Assembly: GCF_009914755.1 (NCBI RefSeq)
Contig: NC_060929.1
Source of the DNA: the human T2T-CHM13v2.0 reference genome, Homo sapiens
Direction: 5' to 3' (one strand)
Length of the DNA: 64,000 bases
The notes beneath the pieces are model-generated. The model was not told the origin of the DNA. It ran no database searches and worked only from the letters and a program-made list of their open reading frames with translations. A program made the translations under genes and the position numbers. This document shows, one piece after another, positions 53,211 to 64,000 of the stretch (positions are counted from its first letter, which is position 1; each line of letters opens with the position of its first letter).

Positions 53211-53634
53211 GTAAGATGCAATTTCCTTAAGAAAAAGGACCATATCTCACATTGTATTTTTCTTAAGAGTATGTTCGTCTGTATACATATTATACAAAAT
53301 CTAGTACTGTCTTGATTGATTCAAAAAGCTATGAAATGATGTGAACAGATGAACACTGAATAAATACTAAAGAAGATAACGAATAAGTCAGAGCAAATTT
53401 TTTTTATTTCATCTCAAAAATGTAAGCTGATTAGCTGAATCATCACATATAAAAGCCCAAAGAGCCAAATTTCTTTTATTCACTTAATAAACTTTTATTC
53501 ACTCTGTATTTACTGTGGGCCAGACATTGTGCTAAACGCCCTGGAAACAGAATTGAGAAAAACACAATCCTACTTTCAAGTCCAGTGAGAAATAGAGAAA
53601 TAAGAAATTCAATAATTGAAACACAATGTGATAT

Positions 53635-54660
53635 GGAAGAAAATTGAAAGTCTAGAAATAGAACTACGTAAGTATGACCAAGAGATGCAAAAGCAATTCA
53701 ATGAAGAATGGGTGGTCTTCTCAAAAGATGACATTAGAAACATTGGGTATTCACTGGCACAATAATGAGCCTCAACTTAAAACCTACATTGTATGTAATA
53801 ATTAACTCAAAATTGATCAGAGACCTAAATGCAACATGTAAATCTATAAAACTTTTAGGAAAAAAATAGGAGAAAACTTTCATGACCCAGAGTTAATCAA
53901 AGAGTTCTTAGACATGATACCAAAAACATGATTCATTAAAAAATAAATTAAATTAATTGGACTTTATACAAATTAAATAAATTGGACTTTATACAAATTA
54001 AAAAACTTTTGCTCTGAAAAAGATCCTGTTTGAAGAATGAAAGGGCAAGTGAAAGATGGGGAGAAATATTTCCCAATTATATTATGTGACAGAGAACTTG
54101 TATCCAGAATATATTTTAAAAAGCTATCTGAACTCAATAATAACTCAATTAGAAGATGGGCAAAAACACTTGAACGACACTTTACCAATGAGGATGTATA
54201 GATGGCCCGTGAAAAGGTTTAACATTATCAGTCATTAGGAATTGGCTAATTAATGCCACAACAAAATACTACTACATACCTATTAGAATGACTAAGATAA
54301 AAAGTACTGGCAATACTAAGTTCCAGCAAAGATTCAGAGCAACTGATCTTTCATTCATTGGTGGTGTGAATGTAAAATGGAACAGCCACCCTGAAAACAG
54401 TTTGGCAGTATTTTTGACAAGTTTATACATATACTTACCATATGACTCAGTAATTGACCCCAGGGTATTTATTCTAGTGCAATTAAAACTTATATCCACA
54501 CAAAAGCCTGTTCACAAATGTTCGTAAAAGCTTTATTTGTACTGTAATAGCCCCAAATTGGAAACAACCCCAAATGTCCTTCCTTGGGTAAATGGATAAA
54601 CAAACTGAGGGGTACCCATATGGTGAAATGCTACTCTGCAATAAAAGGGAATGAACTCTT
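53635..54660 (+). mobile_element. Old L1M ORF2 3' fragment
   Basis: GCAAAAGCAATTCAATG, ATTAACTCAAAA, TACTTACCATATGACTCAG, CCCCAAATTGGAAACAACCC. Confidence 0.85.
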
Positions 54661-54960
54661 TCAGCCTTTTCTATCTCTCTTCTCTGATTTTTCACTAGTG
54701 CTTATTGCTTTCTACTTTATCACATAATAGATTTTTATTGTTTATTTTTTGTCTTTTGTTCTCTGCTAGGTTATAACTGTGAGAGCAGAAATGTATATCT
54801 GCTTTTTTTGTTCTTTACTGTTTCATCTCCAACACTTAGAATCTTTTTATTCTAAGCTACCTGGTGAACTGTCCTGAAGTGATAAGCAGTATTTGCCAGT
54901 AAGACAGTTCACGTCCACTAAATATATTCTTTCCTTTTAATGTGCTCTGCACCTTTAATT

Positions 54961-55284
54961 TTTTTTAATTTATTTTTAAATTTTATTTATTTATTTTTTG
55001 AGACGGAGTCTCACTCTTGTCTCCCAGGTTGGAGTGCAATGACACATCTCGGCTCACTGCAACCTTCACCTCCTGGGTTCAAGAGATTCTCTTGCCTCAG
55101 CCTCCCAAATAGCTAGAACAACAGGCATGCACCACCACACCCCCAATAATTTTTGTATTTTTAGTAGAGACGGTATTTCACCACATTGGCCGGGCTAGTC
55201 TCAAACTCCTGAGTCCCAGTGATCATCTTGCCTCTCAGCCTCCCAAAGTGCTGGGATTGCATGCATGAGCCACCATGCCTGGCC
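54961..55284 (-). mobile_element. AluS (Sq/Sp-like)
   Basis: Full dimer with CACTCTTGT and GAGTGCAATG; TSD begins TGCACCTT on both sides. Confidence 0.9.
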
Positions 55285-56659
55285 TGCACCTTGAAATTTT
55301 AAAACAATTTTTTTTTTCATGTCCTGGAACCAAAGCTCTTCATGCCATGTTGGGGTGGGATTTGATAAAACACTTTACATGTTTCCCATAAATAGTATTC
55401 CCAACAATTCTGAGGAAATTCTGTGGTTCTATAAACCACTGCTTGAAAAATTAGTTTTCTATCATGACAAACAGCTCATCTTTGAAAGTACAAAGTATTT
55501 GCAATTGATTTTCAGAATGAATCATATTCTTAATAATTGCACAAGATTACTCACAAATTCAAGGGAGTTAGATTTAAAAAACTGACTCAAAATCAAATGA
55601 ACCCAATTTATAACTTGTGCTTACAACATGTTCTCATATGACACCCACAAATGTTTCTTTTGTGAAGACTCAACCTCAAGTTACAGAGAAGGGAAATTTC
55701 TACTTCCATGACTTTGCCAGTAACACAATCACAGTGGTAATATGCAATGTTCTTATTTCATAATATGGGACATAGAACAGTTTGCTGACTTAATTGGCAA
55801 ATAACTGTCTTTTCAAGACAATTGAGAGGTCAATATCTGAAGAATGAGTGAAATGGAAATATTCAGAAATGTCCTAAGTGAACCATAAAGAAAGTTGAGT
55901 CTCCAAGATCTCAAGATGAAAGCATTGATGATGAGAAAGCTGCCTGTGATTCCATGTGTACATTGTGAGTAGTAATTTAGCAAAGTCATTCACTGACTGG
56001 GAAATATCTACTATGCACCAAGTCTAGAGTCGCAATAATGAGTTTGGCAAATGAGCTGAGGGGCTATTTGTATGAAGCTCATGAACTAATTAGGGGTAAC
56101 AAAGAAATAATAAAAAAATAAAGTGTAATGGGGAAAGGCAGAGTTCTACAAGGATAGAGAGATCAAGAAATTTTGCTGGTTGGCTCTCACTGCTTTGATG
56201 GCCTGGTTTTGATACCTATGTAGAGCCTTGGCAAAATACACTAAAATTATTTTTAACATTAGTGTTGATGAGAAGATCAAACTGTTTTAATTCTCTGGAC
56301 TGCTTAAGAGTCACATGCCCTTACGACAAGAGTAGGTTTCATACTGTAAGCTACAGGTAAGATTTTTTTAGGATTGAGGATTAAATGTTTTATTCCTTTA
56401 AGGTTTTCTATTCCTTTCATCTACCAATATCCAAGGAGATGCTAATGTAAAAACTCTTCAGAACTGCTTTCCATCTCTTTTCCTTCCCCTACATCCCATT
56501 AAAAATGGAGTAGGCAGGAATGTAATTAATAACAGTAGGCTATTTTCTGGGAGGAAAACAGCCAGCTGTAGGCACTGAGAGATGCATTCATTCATTCATT
56601 TGCATTTATTGAGTGCTGGCATGCCCTAAGCATTATGCTAGGAGCTATAGATTTCAGAC

Positions 56660-57170
56660 TCTGGTAGTTAGAAAAAAAATGGCTTCCCGAAATGTCCACA
56701 TTCTATTCCCAGGAACTGGTGAATATGTTAGATTGTATGGCAAAGGGGAATCAGAGTTGCAGATGAATTAAGTTTGCCAATCAGCTGACACTGAAATAAG
56801 AAGATTATCCTGGATTATCCAGCTGGGCCCAATATAATCACAAGCGTGCTTTTTAGAGTAAGGAGGAAGCGGAAGAGGGAGAACAAAACAGATTGCAGCA
56901 TGAAAAGAATTTGGCCTGGAGTTGTTGGCTTTGAAGATGAAGAAATGAGACCATGAACCAAAGAATGCAGGTAGTGTCTAGAAGCTAGAAAACACGAGGT
57001 AATGAATTATTCCTTAGAACCTCTAGAAAGCAACAGTCCTGCCAATACCTCAGTTTTAGCCCAGTGAGACTGATTTCATGCTCCTAACCTCCAGACCTAT
57101 AAAATAAGTTTTTGTTGATTTAAGTCACTAAGTATGATAATTTGTTACAATAGCAGGGGGGACTGAAGCA
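56660..57170 (+). mobile_element. MLT1D solo LTR inserted in an antisense L2 3' end
   Basis: ATGGCAAAGGGGAA...TTGCAGATG...GATTATCCTGGATTATCC..TGGGCCCAAT; perfect TSD CAGAC. Confidence 0.9.
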
Positions 57171-57519
57171 CAGACCATACTGCAGTGTCTGCCCTCAAAG
57201 AATTAATGGACCATTGGAGGTGTTAAGAATTCAATGAGGGAAGGTTCTAGCCAGTGACACTGAGTGCTGACCAGGGCTGGAATTGAAAAAGGCTTGTAGA
57301 AAAGACAAAATATCCTCCATGCTGGACGAGACAAGAGCATTGAGGTCATAGCATTTTTGCTTCCATGTGGTCATTTATGCCCAAGAACAGATGAACTAAC
57401 ACTTTGAGGTCATTTTCTTATACAGCTGGGGAATTTGCCAGAGAAACAAGCAGCTGGGCCCACAGAAGGTTGGAGGGGTGGAGGAAGGAATGAGACCCAG
57501 GTTTAAAAGGATCAGAGAT

Positions 57520-58364
<845 letters not shown>

Positions 58365-58365
<1 letters not shown>

Positions 58366-58848
58366 CTTCTAGGTATTTACCCAAGGGAAGTAAAACTTTT
58401 ATTCACACCAAGTGTGTACAAAAGTGTTTGCAGCAGCATTAAACAAAATAGTTAAAATGTAGAAACAGTCTGAATGTTTATTAACTGAACATGAATGGAT
58501 AAATAAAATGTGATGTATCCAAACACCAGGCTATTATTTGGCAATATGAAGCAATGAAGTATTGATACATATTATGACATGGATGAATCTTGAAGACATT
58601 ATGCTAAGTGAAAAAAGCCAGTCACAAAATATCATGTTTGATTTCATTTATATGAAATTCCCAGAATAGGCAAATCTCTAGAGACAGAAAGTAGATTAAT
58701 GGCTGCGAGGGACTAGGGGAAGAGGAAGTAGAGAGCAACTACTAATGGGTGTGGGGTTTCTTTTGAAGTGATGATAATGTTCTGGAATTAGATAATAATG
58801 ACGGTTGCACAGCGTTTTGAATATACTAAAAACAACTGAATTATACCT
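58365..58848 (+). mobile_element. L1MB-like 3' fragment
   Basis: CATGGATGAATCTTGAAGACATTATGCTAAGTGAAA; CCAGAATAGGCAAATCT.TAGAGACAGAAAGTAGATTA. Confidence 0.85.
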
Positions 58849-59339
58849 GGAGGAACGTATATATCTGGACCTAGTTGGGCTTCCATCAGAAAGGCAGAAG
58901 GATGTTGAGAAGATGAACAAAAACTTCTGCTTCATTCTTGTAGGCATTTGGGTTTGTAACTGTGTCTAAATCTTCTCTGCTTGGAGAAGTTCTGACATAG
59001 AGTTGAGCATAGGTTAAGACATAAAAAACCTTGCCAGTATATTGAACATTTCCTAATTAAGCTTTCAGGAAATAAATGGCCAAAGCATAAGGTTAGTAAA
59101 TAAAATGGTGGTTCCTGTGTAGGTAGTCAAGTGAATTAAAGGATAGAGTAATTTTTTTTTTAGTTTATGCATATCAGTTTAGCCAAATACTAACAAGCAT
59201 GGACTGCTGGGGTTCCAAGGGAGCCCCAAGTCTCCTTGAATATTGATGCGGTTACTAGGACCCTTATTCCAAATAGCATTATGAGCCAAGCTTAAAACAT
59301 AAAATAGAAACGCACATTGGACGGGTGAGTTATAGTCAT

Positions 59340-59978
59340 CATTTACTTATTCATTCATTTTTTTACCCTTCATTCAACAAATATTTTTTGAGTCCTGTCC
59401 AGCCCTGTGGATAGAAAGAGACTGAGTGTCATTACTCTGCCATTATGGAGCTTAGAATCTGGTGGAGAAGACAGACATTAATCAAATTATTGTACAAATA
59501 AAAGTAAAACAATTGGGAAACATAAAAAAGAACACACAGGTGAACAGGGCTTACCTGTGGAATTGATAACTGAGCTGATATCTGGAGAAAAGAAAGAGGT
59601 ATATAATTGAAGGTTGAAGGTGGTTTGTGGTAAAAGAGATGGGGGGGTGGTGGCTCACAGTTTTAGGAGGAAGAAAAGGTGTTTGGCAGGAAGAAACACG
59701 ATGCACCACTGGAAGCGATAGAAGGCTGGTGTGCTTGGAAGCCAGATGAAGAAGGAGGGTGATCTGTAGGATAAATCTCCAGCCTCTTTGAGGGCCCTTA
59801 GGTCATGTTGAGGCATTTTGATCTGAATCCCAAAAGCAGTGGTAGGCTATTGGAATGTTTAGGCTGGACTGACATGGCCAGACTTGCACTTCTAATAGAT
59901 GCCTCTTGCTAAATTGGGAAGATCAAATTAGATGGAAAGCTCTAAGTCTGAACATGGAGGTAGAGATTAGGATGTCAT
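59340..59978 (-). mobile_element. L2 3' fragment
   Basis: CATTCAACAAATATTTTTTGAG tail followed by purine-rich body. Confidence 0.75.
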
Positions 59979-59980
59979 TA

Positions 59981-60049
59981 CTAAGTTGAACTATATGCAA
60001 TTGTCTGTATTTTATTGTTATTACTCAAATTTCATATGGCTCAACATAA
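59981..60049. mobile_element. MADE2-like mariner MITE (shortened)
   Basis: Self-complementary ends AAGTTGAACTATATGCAATT / AATTTCATATGGCTCAACATAA; TA on both sides. Confidence 0.7.
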
Positions 60050-61419
60050 TATATTAAATATAAAAAAACTAATTGGACTAACAGCTGTAGTTGAACTAAT
60101 ATTTACTTTTTACTATCTAGTTGAAAGGAACTTACAGTTAATATGTAACATTCATTGAGTACTCAATGCTTATTACTTCAACAAATAATTCTGTGTGTAT
60201 TGAGAGCCTATTAGGTGCCAGGTCCTGTTCCAGACACTGGAGATTAAGCAATGAACAAAATAGACAAAAAAACAAACAAACAACAAAACAAAAACACCCT
60301 TTCCACATAGAGCTTTCATTGTAGTGAGGGGAAACAAATAATAAATAAATAAGAAAAAGTATATATTATATCTGATAGTCAAGTGTTATGAAGAAAATTG
60401 AACAGGGTGATGGTTGTAATTTTTAACAAGATTGTTTGGAAGGGTTCACTGATAAGGTAACATTTGAGCAGGTAAGGAAGTGGATTATATAGTCAGGGGA
60501 AGGTCCTTTGAAGTCAGAAAAAGAAAACAATGCAAAACCTTGAGGCTAGAACATGTCTGGAGTGCTCTAGGAATAGCAAGACCAGTGTGGGAGAGCAAAG
60601 AGCTTGAAAGAGAAACAAGCGGATGACATGGGCAGGTGTTGAGGTGAGGGTGGGGGATCTCCAATCCTGCAGGCCTCCAGGTCACTGTAAAGACTTTGCA
60701 TTGTTCTTTCTTCCAATGGGAAGACTCCGGAGGCTGTGAAGAGAAGGAAGTACAATCTGACTTACATTTTAATAGTAACCTTCAACTGCTCTGTGGAGGA
60801 AAGACTATGGGGGAAGAGTGGTGGCAGGGAGATCATTTGGAGGCTTTGTAGAAATCCAGGGGGAAATAGTATGATACATTGGACCAGGGATAGATCTGTG
60901 AGGGGTCATGATAGCTGGTAGGATGTTTGATCTATCCTGAAGGCAGAAGCATCAAGATTTCCTGACAGATTGGTTGTGGGGTACGTGACAAAAAAGGATT
61001 CTAAGGTTAACTCCTGGACTTTTAAGGTGGAAGATTATAAGTTTGTTGTTTCCATTTACTATGAGGTGGGAGATGGGATGAGAAGCAAGTTTGAAGTGAA
61101 GGATTAGGAGTTTGAGTTTGGACTTAGTAAGTTTGAAATGTATATTAGACATGCAGAGACGCTGAGTAAGCAGTTGGATATATAAATCTGAAATTCAGAG
61201 GAGAGGATTATCCTGGAGATATTAAAGCCATGACCACCCAGAGAGTGTATATAAACAAAGTGAAGATGTCTGAAGACATTGGAACACCTGGGAAGATTTG
61301 GAAGAGGAGACTTCCAAACACGGAAATGTAGAAAGCTCTTTATTTTAATGAACTAATAAAAAGCAAAGACCAGTTCAACTATAGCTGTTAGTTCAATTAG
61401 AGTTTTCTATATTTAATAT

Positions 61420-61488
61420 TTAGGTTGGACCACATGAAATTTAGACAATAACAGTCAAATATAGACAACTTCATATTGTCAAACTTGA
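61420..61488. mobile_element. Second MADE2-like MITE (shortened), inverted copy
   Basis: TTAGGTTGGACCACATGAAATT...ACTTCATATTGTCAAACTTGA. Confidence 0.7.
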
Positions 61489-62286
61489 TAACATATTCAT
61501 ATAGGAGACTGAAAGGGTGTGGTTTGTAAGGTAGGAGGAAAATCAAGAGTTGGGGTGTTTTAGAAGTGAAGCAAGTGTTTTAAGGAAGAGAAAGTGCTGT
61601 GGGCTGATCAAATAAGATGAGGAATTAGAATTGACCACTGGATTTAAACATGTAGAAGTCACTGGTGGCCTCCATAAGAGAAACTTGAATGGAATGGTGT
61701 GAGTGTGAGCTTTATTGGCATGAGCACAGAAGAAAATGGGAACAGAGATGGTGACTAGAGACAACTCTTTCAAGGAGTTTTGCTGTGGAGGGAAGCAGGA
61801 AAATGGAGTGGTATTTGAAGGTAGTTGTAGGATCCAAAGTCAGTTTGTTTTTTATATGGGGAGAAATGTCGGCATATTTATGTCCTAATGGAATAATTTA
61901 CTAGGAAAAGAAAAACTGATGATGAAGGAGAGGAAGAATTGAAGAACCATGTCCTTGAATAGGTGGAAAGGGTAGGTAATAATACACAAGTGGAGGTGGT
62001 AACTGAAAGAGAAGCATGAACAATTTATTCTAACTAGTGAAGAAGAAGTCAGAATTTATGGGTTAAGAGTCACACAGGTGGTTAGATACGATGATGGGAG
62101 CTTGTGAAAATTTTCTTCTGATGGTTTCTCAATAAAATAAGAAGCAAGATCTCATCTAAAAGTAACAATAGGGGAGGGGATATTGAAAGTCTGATACATT
62201 AGTAGGAGGTATGGAACATCCCTTAGAAAAGTGGGGGAATAAAGAGATAGAATAACAGTATTTGTGTGTAGCAATAAGGGCCATTT

Positions 62287-63340
62287 TGATGGCAGTGGCT
62301 GCTGCCATGCTGGCTGCAGCAGGGAGGCCCGGCTGGAGCTGCACACTCCATGGTGCCAGTAGGAGCCCCGACCCTTCTGAGTTGGGGCAGGAGCTCCCCG
62401 GGTGCCGCTACAGCTGTCCAAATCGCAGCTGCAGACCCAGGCCTGCTCTATAGAACAAGCAGGAGCCACGCCCTCCTGGGTGGGGCTACAGCCGCGGAAA
62501 CTGTGGCTGGGAATCTGAGCCTCCCTGTGCTCTTTCCGGGGGGCCAGGAAAAGGCAGTATCTGCCCTCCCCTCCGGGTGAGGATGTAGCTGCAGCTGCTG
62601 GACCCACATCTGCAGACCTGCGCCTCCTGTTCCACAGAGCTAGCAGGAGCCAGGGACAAGCAGGAGCCCTGCCCCTTCTAAGTTGGTGGGGCAGGAGCTC
62701 CCAGGTGCTGCTGCGGCCACCCTCTCAGGGAAGGACCCGGGCATCTCTACAGCCTGCACCCTCACAGGTTCCAGAAAGGACACTCCCCCATCCCCCAGGC
62801 AGGCTCTGGGGTGTTTTCTCCCACTGCCTGGCCTCTCTACTTTCCTGGCACCTGTTCCGATTGTGGAGCAGGATCTGGGCCGAGCTCCCGGACCATGAAT
62901 GGCAACGGGAGGCAGACACCCGGGTGGAAGCGGGTGGGTCTCCAGTAAGGCCTCACCTTCAGTCCAGGGAGGACCTGAAGGCTGGGGGCTGGGCTGCCAG
63001 TCCTGCAGACTGGAGTGGGGAGCCTCTTCTCAGGTAAGAATCTTAACCTTCTCACCGGCCCATGGCTGCCCATGGACCAATGGACATGCACTTCCTCCCC
63101 TCTGAGGTCTGTAAAAGCCCTAGGCTCAGCCAGAGGACAGCCAGAGGACGAAGAGGGCAGAAAGGCAACTGGACGACCAGACCACCTGCAGAGAGGAGCT
63201 ACCCTCTCTGCTGAGAGCTGCAGAGATGGCTTGTCTGCGTACCTCATTCTTCCTGGGCACAGGACAAGAACTCTTGTAAAGGTGCCACTGGCCACAGAGG
63301 TTTCTGGGAAGAAAATTGATACCCCAAGGATCCCGTAACA
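62287..63340 (+). mobile_element. MER52-family solo LTR (ERV1), GC-rich
   Basis: TGATGGCAG...CCCCAAGGATCCCGTAACA; TSD ATTT/GTTT; internal repeat GAGCCC..CCCTTCT.AGTTGG..GGCAGGAGCTCCC at ~62363 and ~62664. Confidence 0.85.
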
Positions 63341-63729
63341 GTTTCATAGTGAAGAATTTAAGTGACATCAAATAGCATGATTGGTTGTTTCTGCTAGCCA
63401 CAGGGCCACCTTCATGGAGGAGACATGGAGTAAGTAGAGTTGAGTCTTCTAGGACTGAGGTTTTTGTCAAATAAGAGCAAAGCAAGAGAAAAATAATGAA
63501 GTTGAAGTAGTATGTAAGAAAATGATTTACAATATTAGACCACAGAATAAAAGCTCAGTAGGGGAGAAGGAGTTGAGGCAGAATCAAAGAATTGTTGGAG
63601 TTGGGGTACAGGAGGTACTAGCTGCAAAGGCAGTAGGGGGGTGGGCAGAAATAGAATGCTTGACATTGAGATGGTAGTTATTATTAATGACAAGTCTGGG
63701 AATGACAGATGTAGTGAATGCCAAGTTTT

Positions 63730-63990
63730 CTGATAAATGCTTTACATGCATTATCTCATTTAATCCTCATTAATCCATAGAGATTTACTTTTCCAGTTTT
63801 TCACATGAGAAATAAAGGAAAGACAAGTTCCAGATCCTTTTGTGTTGTTGACAGCTATCAATACTGTATCTTACCATAAAAAATTTCTCTTTTCACAAAT
63901 TAAGTATCTCAAGTTCATAGGTTTTAAACAACCATAATTATACAGCTCACTAGTGGCAAATTAAGGTCTAGAATACAGGTTTTATAGTTC
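63730..63990 (-). mobile_element. MIR
   Basis: TGCTTTACATGCATTATCTCATTTAATCCTCA; TTTCACATGAGAAA. Confidence 0.7.
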
Positions 63991-64000
63991 CATGGTAAAT

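Larger units (their letters stand above)
60150..63720 (-). mobile_element. Long L2a-like element interrupted at 61313-61502 and 62287-63340
   Basis: Colinear antisense L2 motifs: GTGCCAGG..CTGTTCCAGACACTGGAGA, TAAGTTTGAAATGT, GAATTGACCACTGGATTTA. Confidence 0.8.

Noticed and set aside
55818-55964. AG...GTGAGT-bounded segment
   Set aside because: Stops in all frames and weak exonic donor context
62152-63485. Cluster of overlapping 60-152 aa ORFs
   Set aside because: They overlap the GC-rich MER52 LTR, where stop codons are scarce; ORFs on both strands and no recognisable protein

Overview
Primate (human-like) nuclear DNA, AT-rich and dominated by transposable-element fossils: AluJ/S/Y, MIR, L2, old and primate L1, solo LTRs (LTR8A-like, THE1B, MST/MLT1, MER41A, LTR16, LTR1-family, MER52) and DNA transposon remnants (Charlie, Tigger2a, MER81, MER112, MER3, MER5, MADE2). 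It looks intronic or intergenic. I recognise no protein-coding exon, RNA gene or CpG-island promoter, and the supplied ORFs are best explained as chance or repeat-derived. I found no evidence of a new biological system. The least explained signals are: a ~150-bp inverted duplication carrying a MADE2 plus flank (59981-60135 / 61330-61488); a ~135-bp diverged direct repeat of apparently non-repeat DNA ending in a foldback palindrome (48913-49047 / 50366-50520); a candidate 15-nt minus-strand microexon (6956-6970); a few other candidate exons; two old 5'-inverted L1s; and several multi-level nested insertions with surviving target-site duplications (TSDs). Subfamily names come from recalled consensus sequences, not from a search. 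Boundaries without a TSD are approximate.
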